A stretch of DNA of 64,000 nucleotides, from assembly GCA_965178125.1 (NCBI GenBank), contig OZ237769.1, forward strand, positions 186,001 through 250,000. The letters run 5' to 3'. A model generated the notes under the pieces. The model was not told the DNA's origin. It searched no databases and worked only from the letters and a program-made list of their open reading frames with translations. A program made the position numbers and the translations under genes. This document shows, piece after piece, positions 10,051-21,016 of the stretch. Within the stretch, counting starts at the first letter, position 1, and the number at the start of each line of letters is the position of its first letter. Source of the stretch: Bilabrum cf. latius. Lineage: Eukaryota.

Positions 10051-13048
10051 ATGTCGGTCAACTACAGTGATCTCAGTCGTGCCGTCACCGACGATGACAA
10101 GGTGCCCCCTGGCTACATATACAATGATATTGCAAGTGAGGCTGAGACGCGGCCTGCCTTTTGCGTTTGCTCGTCCTGCGCTTAGCTGCGCGAGGGCATC
10201 TGCGTGCTAATTATTTAATACAATGAACGCCGGGAATCAAGCTAGGGGCAAGTGCGATCCAGTGTTGAGTTTTATCCAGCCGCACCGTCATCGCAGAAGC
10301 GACGCACGCGAGCATCACAAACTGCAAGCCTCTTGCGGATTGGCTTGGGCGAAACCTTGGTAACTCTAGCCCGAACGTTAAGCGAAAGACGCTGATCGTG
10401 ATTCGATAGGTATCTCGAGGTGGCTCGCAGGAGTTCAGGCGGTGCATGCAGAAATGGCGTGACACCATCAAGAAGGAAACCGGTAAGTCCCTGAGCTGCA
10501 TACCTCTAGAAAAATACCATACTACTACTAATTAAACTTATGAGACGGCCCAACACCAGCTGTGCGCACAGCCCTCCTCGTGTGCGGCCGTTCCTGACTT
10601 GCAGCCCGTGCTTTGCTGGTCGCCCACACACCCTTCCATGAATGTATCCCCCTTCGCATCCTCTTGAATTGCGCAGAATTCCGCGGCAAGATGCATCCTC
10701 TGAAAGGCGACGCCCCCAACCGAGCCGTGCGGGATGCGGCCACTGGCGCCCTGCAGGCCATCTTCAGCGCGGGGCAGACAGCTTCCTCGGGGATGGCGGG
10801 GCGGATCGGGGGCCACGGGGGGTCGGGGGGGGCGGGGTCTAGTTCCGGGATGGGGGGGCGGTCCGGAGGGGGCGCGGCAGCGGGAGCCAGGGGCGGCGCG
10901 GGGCCGTATGCGGGCGGCTCCTCGGTGCCTCCTTCCATGCTTCACGAGGCGCCCATCAGCACAGGGACCATGGGCGGGGTGGGTTCGGGCCCTGCCAGGA
11001 AGGGCGGGGCCGGTGGGGGCATCTTTGGGGCGATCGCGGGGGCGTTTGCGACCAAGCCGGGGGCCCCGCAGCCCAACGGTGGGGGCGGAATCCGGAGGCA
11101 GCCCCCCAGGAGGGGGGGTGGCGGTGTCCCCGTAGCGGGGGGTGGCGGGGTCAGGGTACCCACGTACGGTGCGGGGAGCCCCCGACAGACGGGACCCCGC
11201 CTCGACGCCTTTGGGAGGCCCATCGGCGGGGGAACAACGGGCGGCGGATCGTCGGCCTTCGGGGGGTAGAGCCGCGGGGGAACAACGGGGGGTGGGGCCT
11301 TCGGGGGGGCGGTGGCGGCGCCCGGCCGCGGGCCCGCCTCCTCCCCGGTGCGCTCGTCACACACAGGCACCGGCCGGGCGGGGTCAGCCGTCTCGGGGGG
11401 CACGTACGAGAGGGGTCTGATTGCCGACCTGACGGCTGCCGGGGGCGTCCGGGGGCGGCTGGACCCATCCAAGCTGCAGAGCTTCCTGTCGGCTGCCAAG
11501 GGACTCTCCGCCGAAGTGGTTGCAACCGCGATCGACGATCGGCTGCAAGAGGAGAACCTGCAGGTGGTGGGCAAAGCGCTCGCCCTCCTTGAGCAGGTGG
11601 GCAAAGCCGGCAGCTCGGACCCCGCCCTCGCTCCTCTGAGGCAGCACCTCGCCGATCACTGCGATGAGGTGCTGGAGCTCCTAGAAAACCCGCCGAAGCC
11701 CGCCATCAAGCGGGCGGCCACAAAGGCGCTGGTGGCACTAGGCGTGGAGGAGGCGCTGCAGCACGCTGCACCCGCGCCCGCACCGGTTCCTGCGCCCGCA
11801 CCGTCTCAAGCACCTGCACCAGCGCCGGCCACAACGCCGGCCCCGGCCCCCGCTCCAGCCCCAGTGGAGGAGGAGGAGGATGAGGTGGATCTGTTCGGCG
11901 AGCCGACCCCGGCGCCGGCCCAGGTGGCTGGGGCAGCGACCGCCAACCCCGCCGCTGGCGACGATGATGGCGACGATATGTTCGGCGGGATGGAGCCGGT
12001 GTCTGCCGCTCCTGCTGCTGTGTCCGCCCCGGCGCCCGCCCCCAGTGGGTTCGCGTTCGGTGGGGGTGCACCGGCACCCGCCCCTGCACCTGCGCCATCG
12101 ACAGGCGGATTTTCGTTCATGGGGGGAGGTGGTGGTGCCCCCGCAGCCCCGGTGGCTGCACCTGCACCTGCACCCGCGCCGGTGACGTCGCACGCGCGGA
12201 GCGGTTCCGGTATCTCCTCGGGGATCGGATCAGGGATCGGATCAGGGGTGTCCAGCGGAAGCGGAGTGGCACCGTCCGCTGGAGGTGCATCCAACGGTTT
12301 CGGTTTCGCCGAAGCACCTGCGCCGTCCCAGGCCCCGGCTCCGGGTCCTTCTGCCGAAGAAGAGGACTTCTTCGGCTCGCTTTCCGCGCCTGCTCCTGCC
12401 CCTGCCCCTGCCCCGGTACCCGCCCCCGCCCCTGCCCCATCAAAGGCCCTCGATCTCAACGCCCTCTACAAGCAGAGCGCGCAGGGGCCCGGGCTGGGCG
12501 GGGTGGGTGGCGCGCCCGTGGCACCGGGGGCGGGGGGCGGCATGGGGTTCGGAATCGCTCCTGGGGCGCCGCAGGGGATGCAGCAGCAGCAGCCTGCTGG
12601 CCAAACTGGGCCTGGCATGGGTGGCATGGGAGGCGGGTTCGGTGGTGGGATGGGCATGGGAGGGGGCATGGGGGGGGGCATGCAGTCCACTGCGCCTGCA
12701 CCTGCTCCCACCGCCCCTAGCATGCCTTGGATGCAGTAGGGGCAGGCATAGGCACAGCCCCAGCCACAGGCCCAGTCCGGTGGGTTTGGGTTCATGGGCG
12801 CGCCTGCCCCCGCGCCTGCCCCCGCTCCGGCTGCGCCAGCGATGCCCTGGATGCAGCAGCAGCAGCAGCAGCCGCAGAGCGGCATGCCGAGCGCGATTTT
12901 GGGGAACTCTGGGCCCATGGCGGGCGGTGGGTCCGGGGGATTGACGAGTGCAGTTGGCATGCCGGGGATGGGACAGGGGCAGTCGGCTGGGCAGCAGCCG
13001 GCCTCGCCCAAGCCAGATCCCATGGACTTGCTGGACGCGGGCTTCTGA
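10051..13048 (+). CDS. TEPSIN: Tepsin (AP-4 accessory protein; ENTH plus VHS-like domain, Pro/Ala/Gly-rich tail)
   Basis: Exons are 10051-10135, 10297-10482 and 10677-13048, joined by GT-AG introns. Motifs: AVTDDDKVPPGYIYNDIA, VKRKTLIVIR*V, EFRGKMHPLKGDAPNRAVRDAA and YERGLIADLTAAGGVR. In-frame TAGs at 10407, 11267, 12737 and 12749. Ends in TGA. Confidence 0.85.
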
Positions 13049-13237
13049 GGCCAATGATGCCGTATCGTGTCGTGCATTGAAGTATTATCTGGTCGTTTGC
13101 ATGTGCGCACGCCATAGAGAGCCGAGGTTCGCGATCCCCCCACCTAATCCGGATTGTTCTGAAGCTGCACCAAGACGTTGCAACCGGGCCGCGATCAAGT
13201 GTTCGTTTGCTGCTCGCTCGCCCGCCCTCCCACAACG

Positions 13238-15368
13238 ATGAACGGCTATGAGGTCGAGAAGGTGATAGGTGATGGGGCCTTTGGTACTGTTTATAGATGC
13301 ATCGACAAGAAGTCGGGCGAGCGAGTTGCTGTGAAGAAAATTAAGCAAAAATACAGCAGCTGGCATGAGGCCCTTGCACTCAAGGAAGTAGCAGCTCTGC
13401 GGTCCCTCCCAAAATTTAGGTACTTAGTTAGGCTTAAGAAATTAATCATGGAGAATAATATCCTGTATTTCGTCTTTGAATACGCGGAATCGAACTTGAT
13501 AGCGGTGAGATATGTCTGGGGATGCGAAGGACTGCTTCCCATCGAGACAAGTAACGGATGCGCTCGAATACGCCCTGCACTAGCCGAAGCTTTGATTGGA
13601 TGAGAGTCGGTGTAGCAAGAGCTCGGGCCGAGGGTCCTTGGAAAGTTGCACCACCCGTTGGCTGTCTGCAGTGCCACATCGGTGGACCTCTTCCGATGCC
13701 CGCTTTCCACTCCCGCAGTTATTAGAATCGGTCGCATCGTCAGCACCGGCAACTCTCGCTTCCCCGGGTGCGGGTGGAAGCAGCATGGCTGGCTCCCGTC
13801 GGATGCACTCCTCGCTCGCTCCCAGCGGCCTCCCCCACGCCGTGGTGCGCAGGATAGGGTACCAGGTCATCGCTGCGCTTGCCCACATGCATCTGAATGG
13901 ATACTTTCATAGGGACGTTAAGCCCGATAACGTGCTCATCCGCAGGCGAGCAACTGCTCGGGCGAGCAGAGCAGCCGAAGCCATGGCCTCCGTGGGTGGC
14001 TCCAGCGGAACCGGGACCGCCAGCAGCGCCGCGCAGTAGGATGTTCCGCTAGAGCAGGTGCACTGCCTGCTGGCGGACCTGGGCCAGGCACGGGAGACCC
14101 GCTCAAGGCCCCCCTACACGCACTACGTCGCGACCAGGTGGTACCGGGCCCCTGAGATCATCCTGCGAGCGACCATCTACAACAGCCCCTGCGACATGTT
14201 TGCCGCCGGCTGCCTCATCGCCGAGCTGCACAACGGAAGGCCCTTGTTCTCTGGCAAGAGCGAGACGGACCAGATGCACCTCTACGTCAACGCGCTGGGC
14301 TCCATCACGCCGGCCTCGTGGCCAGAGGGGGCCCGCCGGGTCAAGGAACTCGGAGCCAGATTGCCGCAGGGCATAGCCGGAAGTGGGATCGGATCGTTGT
14401 GCCCTGGCATGCCGGAGGAGGGGCAGGCCCTCGTCGGCGCCCTGCTGGCTCTGAACCCGCAGAAGCGGATGAGCGCTGCGCAGGCACTGGACCACGGCTA
14501 CTTTGCGACCAACAGGGCCGAGGAACAAGAGTTGAGGGCCAGGGAACAACGGGAGGGGGGAAGCGGGTCACCATCGAGCATGGACGGGCGCTCGCCGACC
14601 GCCATCACCGGCCTTGACGCTGGTGGGGGAACAGCCGCGGCGGGCGGAGCCAGGGCGGGGACATCCGCGGCGACAGGGACAGGGGCAGGGACAGGGACAG
14701 CGAGGGCAGGGGCAGGGGCTTAGTATCAGCACCATGCCAGGGCAGGCAGCGAGGTACCGGGGGGGTCAGGGGGGGCGGGCGGGGGTAGTCGGGGCTTCGC
14801 GGCGTTCGCAGCTCAATCGTCACACGCCCGCAGCAGCAGCACCCCAGTGGGCGGTGGCAGCAGGCCGGGTGCATCGCACGGTGGTGCCAAGGACCACGAG
14901 ATGGACGCGCTGAACGACCTGCTAGCCGAGGCCCAGGCCATGGTGACCGAGTCAGAGTCGAGGCCGGCAGGGGCAGGGGCCGGCGCTGGACACGGATCGG
15001 GGTCCGGGGTGGGGAGCGGTGTGACGAGTGCGATGGGGGACCCGATTCTGACACCGGCGGCAGACTCGCCCCGGGGTGCGAGCCGGGCTGTTGGTGCTGT
15101 AGGTGTGACGAGTGGTGGGGCCTCGCGGGCAGCGGCGGCTGCGGCGGGACAGGGAACCCCCAGCGGTGTGACGAGTGCAAATCGAGGCGCGGAGTCCCCC
15201 GGAGACACCCCACTGTCTCCTCTGGGTGGTTCTGGCTCCGGGTCCTTCCGGCTGGGGGACTCGCTGGGCGATTTGGACGCGTTGCTTGCTCAGGTGAAGG
15301 GCAAAGGCAGCGGGGTGGCGGGGCCGGGCGCAGGCAGCAGCGGTCAGGGCCAGGCAGGCGTGTCCTGA
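13238..15368 (+). CDS. MAK/ICK (RCK family) Ser/Thr kinase with low-complexity insertions and tail
   Basis: Exon 1 is 13238-13504 (IGDGAFGTVY, VAVKK), with a probable intron at 13505-13718. Then come HRDVKPDN, LADLGQARETRSRPPYTHYVATRWYRAPE (TxY loop) and DMFAAGC. In-frame TAGs at 14037 and 14721, TGA at 15366-15368. Confidence 0.88.
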
Positions 15369-15541
15369 ATCCAGAATCATCATGGACTCCTGATGGGATC
15401 GCCCGGGGTTTGATTTGGTTTGGCTGTGGCGGTGTTGGCGATTGTTGAAGTTGCTTGGATCGGAAATTTCCAACCTAGCTCCAGGTGCTAGCAACACTCG
15501 AGGGGCAGGTGCCATCCGAATCGAATCGAATCGAATCGATC

Positions 15542-17725
15542 TCATTTAGTCACCTGCAGAGCCACAAACTCGGGGGTATACCCGTCACTCGTCACAATGC
15601 AGCTGCGAGTGCACGTGAACACGGCGAGGCAGTCGAAATCGATCGTGTCCCGCAACCGGCGCGACTTCACTGCTGCCTCCAGGATCTGCATCCTTCCTCT
15701 GGATCCAACCGCCTTCCCCTTCTCCTTCCTGCCGCCTGTCGCATCCCTCTGGCTCCCAGCCGGCCCCAGGCCACCATCCCCGGGTGCTTCTTCCCCACCA
15801 GACCCGGTTGCAACCGCGCTCCCACTACTCCCCCCAGTTGCAACCACCAGTGAGCTCTCCTCCGGCAGCAGGTGTGCGAGCATCTGGGGCATGACCTGAA
15901 ACTCGAACCGGCGGGGGGCGCCGCACCTCGGGCATGGGGGTGCGTACGATCGCGAGGATGAAGATGAAGATGAAGATGAAGATGAAGATGAAGATGAAGA
16001 TGAAGATGAAGATGGGGCTGACGTCGATGATCCAGCAGCACCTGCGCCATCGTGCGATGCACCCGACGAGGCTCCGGTGCTAGCGAGAGGAAGCAGCGCG
16101 CTGCTGGCATGGAAAGAGCCACCGGGGGCGGGGTCGCCCTCCAGCGCGACTGCTTCAAACGGGGGGGCTCCCGGGTTCGATCCCCATAGCACGTCCTCAT
16201 CGTTCCACCTCGAGTATCTGAGCACCTGCTCGGGGGCAGCTGCCGCCCTCATGCTCATCTTGCGGCTGTGGGCATCACCCGCAAGTGACCCGCCCGTGGC
16301 TGCCGAGAGTTCCGCCTGAGTCAGGCGTGCTACCCCTGACTCATCCTTGATGTCCACGGCCACCTCACCTGACCCACTGGCTGCTACCGATCCGCCGGTT
16401 TGACCACCCCCTCCCCTCTGTCTCCATGCCTCCAGCCGCTCTTGTTCCCCGGGCTCCTCCTCCACCACCAGGTCCATAGGGAGGAAGCACGCGCCCGCGG
16501 TTGCAACCACCGAGGGATCCACCGCAGGGAGTCGGAAAGCCGTCAGGGCACCGCTCTGTTCCTCAGGACCACTCGTCACACCATCGGATGGGATCAGGCT
16601 CCGGATGGATCCGCCGGCGCACAGTGCCGCAGCCTGCCGCATCAGCGCCAGACCACTCCCAGCATGGCTTGTCCCTTCCCCTGATGCCGCCGAGCGTTCC
16701 CCTCCTGGACTCGGAGTCAATAATGAGGCGCCCTGCTTGCCCCTTGCGACCAACAGGCGCACGACGTCCTGCAGTAGCGTGTCTCCAAGCGCGGCGCCGG
16801 CTAGCGGAACCGATTCCGAGACCATTGCCTCCTCACCTTCGCCCGTGCCACCGTGCGATGCACCCAGCACCCGCCTCAGCTCTCCAGAGGCCTCCTTTCC
16901 CAGAGAGGCCTCCAGTGCCTCGATGGACACCGGGGAGGACTTGCAGCCTGTCGGCAGCCCCGTGAGGCAGCAGAGCCGATCGGAGTTGCAGCTCTTGCGC
17001 GCATCGGGGGACTCAGAGGCCGCTGCCGATTCTGGGCTGGGTTCCGGTGACTATGTGCTTGAAGTCCCGAGCAAGTGGATCGGATGGGAGGATGGGTCCA
17101 TGGCCTGGAGTGCGGCCTCTTCCTCCTGCTCGCTCATGGGCCGCGCCACTGCTGCTGCTGCTGCTGCTGCTGGTGATTGCGATGGGGGAACTGGCGACGC
17201 AGGGTCGGATAGTGCTGCACCTGATGATGTTATTGCTAGTTTGCAGTCGCCTCTCTGCGGCAAGTACTTGTTCTGCTTCGGAAGCTAGCACCGTAGGGCG
17301 AGCACACCGGCTCCGCTGCGAAGGCACCTGCCCTGCGTGCAGCAAAACACGTACAGCATCCGGTGAAACGCTTCACTATGGCCAGCCTCTCGTGATGTGA
17401 GGGGTGCATACAGCTAACACATCATGGGCATGGGCCGATTGCACCCGGGACATTCCATCTGCTTCGAAGACGGCAGCATTTCAGGGTTGAGCCAGAACGG
17501 CCTGCCGCCAATCTGCCCGCCATCCCAATCGCTCCAGCCGATGCCGGCAGACTCGAACATCGGCAGCTGTGAATAGCTCTCGCTGGAAACGCTTGCGTCC
17601 TCTGCATCACTCTCTGCCGCTGCACCGCCTAAGGGTTCGGCAAAGCCAAGCTAGACGCTTCGACCTCTCCAAAACGTGTCAAGGACGTCATCGTCGCCTT
17701 CATCGGCACAAAAAGCCTTTGACAT
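15542..17725 (-). CDS. PDCD2: PDCD2/TSR4-like protein (uS5 chaperone family)
   Basis: One frame from ATG 17725 reads V*LGFAEP, GQIGGRPFWL, CPGCNRPMPMMC*LYAPL, AFHRMLYVFCC, LRC*LPKQNKY, PEQVLRYSRW, PPCPRCGAPRRFEFQVMPQML and IDFDCLAVFTCTRSC. TAGs at 17651, 17414, 17285 and 17051, TGA at 15542. Confidence 0.92.
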
Positions 17726-18043
17726 AATACACAAACAAATAGAGACGAATGTATGAACAGCTATTGATGCCGCCTTGCTGCTGCCCTTGGTGTGCCCTTG
17801 CCCACTGGCAGTGTGATGACTGCACACGGCCCGGGGATGGTGGTCACCACGGTGCGCTTGTTTTTCAGCTTGCGTGCTATGCTGGCTTGCAGCTTCGGGC
17901 AATGGAGCGCATGGAAGCAGACGACATACGTGTGTATTCACCACTGCCCCCTGTACAAACCCCATGCAGCCGTCAATAAAGTTCCAAACACCTCGCCCCC
18001 CCCGCCTCGATCCCAACATGATCGCAGCGAAAGGTGAATCGGC

Positions 18044-19138
18044 TCACCCGACCACTCCATCGGTGGTTCCCTCGCTCCCCGCCAGTGCCACCGAGTTGTA
18101 GTGCTCCCCAAGAGCGTAGTACTCGCGGTGGAATGCAAGAAGCAGAGGCCGGGCCCCGGCCCCAGCACTGCAACCGGCCGTATCCACCCCATGGTCGCCA
18201 CCCCCTTCCCCACTCGTAACACCCGTGGCAGCAGCACCTCCAGAAGCAGCCGCGTCCCGCTTCGCATTGAAAGCAGATGCCGCCTTCTCTGCCCCAGGAC
18301 CCACCCCGTACGCATTCCCTTCCGCCTGCACCACCACGATCGGTTTCCCCAGAGCATCTGCTGCCGCCCTCACCTCCGGCTCGCCGCCCCACACAGCGGT
18401 GCTCGCCAAACGGTCGCAGTATCGAGCAAGTGCTCCGGCGGGGTCGGACTCAAACCGGTCTTCGTCTTCGTATGGCAAAAATGGCCCGAATTCGGCCCCG
18501 CGCGCCCTGATGTGTTCCGCAACCATCGTTCGGATGTCCTTGTGGCCGGGGACGGCTTCGCTGGCCGATGCTCGGCTTCGCTTCAGCTGGTGCTCGATGG
18601 AGCGAAACAAGCAATTCCCGTCAGCCGGCACGTCAAATACTGCGAGTCCAAGAGGCTCGAGTTTCTTGTTGATGGCCGCGATCTCTGTCACGCGAGGATC
18701 CACGGTGTTCGCCTTCTCCTCGGCGATCGCAGCTCGTATCGCCTCTTCCTTTGCCTTCTTTCTGTCTCGTCTTGCCTTTGCTCTCGACTTCTTAGATGCT
18801 CCTCCATCATCATCGGGAGTTGCAGCGGCTTCGGCACCGGGGTCAGCTCTACTAGCGGGACCAGTGGGTACATCTGCGGCCGGCGAACTGGTCCCAGCTC
18901 CAGGTTCATCGCCCCCCGCGAGCTAGGATTCCAAGTAAGCAATTTCAGCAGCGTGGCGTTCCTTCATGTCAGATTCTAGCTTAGCAGCTTGCGCTTTAGC
19001 TTCTTTCTTTGGTATCTTCTTGTTCTTGAGCAAAGCCTTCCCTTCCTGCTAGCATTTCTTCAGCTCCATTTTGTGCCTGTGCTTCATCTTTCCCAGCGTT
19101 TCTCCATCGGGAATAGAAAGATCTCCAACTGATGCCAT
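18044..19138 (-). CDS. OTU deubiquitinase, OTUD6B/OTU2-like
   Basis: N-terminal MKHRHKMELKKC*QEG...ERHAAE coiled region. OTU motifs DVPADGNCLFRSI, WGGEPEVRAAA and YHxxY-like FHREYYALGEHYNSV. TAGs at 19049 and 18923, TGA at 18044. Confidence 0.9.
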
Positions 19139-19961
19139 GATAACTTATACTTTTGCGCTTCACTAGTGAACAACTGGCGTTTTTGTTAGATGCTGGCTGC
19201 TTGTGAGAAAGAGATCCAATCTTGCTGCACCAATCATTCCATGACGGCCACCAAAATCTGCAAAGTGATATAGGCTGCTTTTCACGCGCTCACGCTAATC
19301 AATCGTCACCACACTAACACGTGCAGCACCGCCAACCCGCGCTGTATGCAGCGCATCCACATGGACAAGGCAGCGGGCACTACCAGTACACAGCGGAACC
19401 ACTGCGGCAGAAAGCAAGCAGTCCATGACAGCCGTCTCATTCATTTGTCACACGCTGGTATCTGCACCCCAGTGTACCCTCGCAAGGAAATCGGTACGCG
19501 CACACGCTTGCATCGCGGAAGAAGCCACCCCCCCCCACCCCCCCCCACCCCACCCCACCCCACCCCACTGCACTGGCATGTGCCGATGGGTCTCAAGCAA
19601 GCGCCTAATGGGTGATGGACACTCCCGCTCCAACTCCCCGCTGGCTCAGTTTTTCACCCTGACCCCCCTCATACGGACCGGTGGGGGAAGGGGGGGTCCT
19701 AGTACAGATGGGGCTGCATTCGTGTAGACCCAAGCAGTGCCGTTGGGTCGGCCAACAGACTCATGGGGAACAAGTGGGGGCCGTACGACACACGAAGGCA
19801 ATGGATCTCATGCACCTGCTGGCCATGCCTTCCCAGTCGTCGTGTGCCACCCATCCACCCACTGACTGGCAAAGGCTGTCCTTCCTATCGCAGGGTGCCA
19901 TTCCAGCACGATCTCAAAATCCATCCACTCTCTGGCCAGATCCCAAAATCCATCCGCTCTC

Positions 19962-20853
19962 TCAGTGGCCACCGGTGGCAGCCGCACCTCCCTTTGCCTT
20001 GCCTTTGCCCTTGGCTGCCGCAGCCGCCGCCTTGTCGGGTGCAGCCATGCCTGCCAGGTGCTTGTACGTCTCCTGTTTGACCCACTCTCGGGGGAAGGGG
20101 TCGTACTTGCACGAGTCGGGGTCCAGACTGCGGCAGGGGAGGGGAGGGGGTGGTAGGCAAGTGTCATCATCCATTGCGGGGATGCGTTGGCTGGCTGGTT
20201 GGCTGGCTGGTTTGTTTGAGGCACACACAGACGAGCAAGGCATGGGCCTGGGAGGGGGGAGGGAGGCCCGCGTGATGCAGCGCGGTTCGACAGGGTGTGC
20301 CCCCTCTGGCAGCCGTGATATCACAGCAGCGGGCCGGCGGCAACGCCTATTTACTCACAGCAAGATGCAGATATCACCAAGAGAGTCGATGTAGGTGAAC
20401 AGGTCTTTGATCGTGTAGTCAATCTTCTCGATGTCGGGGTTCAGCTCTCTCAGCCGGCGCTCGTACAGAGCAATGATGCCATCCAGAGCCAGGTCAAGGC
20501 GCTCGAAGTCGTGGTAAATCCTCGTTTCGGGCTTGCCCGGGACAATTTGCGTGAGGACAATCGTGTGTCGATCCATTGGAGAGCGACCGTCCATGGCTAC
20601 TTGTGGGCCGGCCCCACCGCCGGACTTGGCTGCGCCAGCGCCACGACCACCACCACGCCTAGAGTCCTGCAATTTCAGGTCAAGTACGGGATTTGGTCCA
20701 CTTGAATAAATATACAAGGCTGGACAGCTCTTCAAGACGTTGTATTGTACAGCTGTAGGCTAGCCGTGAACCTACAAACAAGGACGCCTCAATGATTTCC
20801 CACCGCGAAAACCAGATGCAACAAAGTTATGTTAGGAACAGTTTGCTTACCAT
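19962..20853 (-). CDS. ERH: Enhancer of rudimentary homolog
   Basis: HTIVLTQ...TRIYHDFE...DGIIALYERRLRELNP...IDYTIKDLFTYIDSLGDICIL, then an intron (~20358-20128, GTGAG...CGCAG), then LDPDSCKYDPFPREWVKQETY, TGA at 19962. The 5' end is uncertain: an ATG|GTAAG micro-exon at 20853, or the ATG at 20594. Confidence 0.9.
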
Positions 20854-21016
20854 AGTGCGTTGCTCGGTCTGTCCAGAGAATGGCTGCCACGGTTGGGATT
20901 GTTGCAAAATCAGTGTTTCGGTGTAAGTACAGTGCCATTTACGATAGGCGTGCTCGCCGCCGCTACGCCGCCGCTCTCCTCAGGGAAACAAAACAGAGTT
21001 TCGCAGAATAATTTAC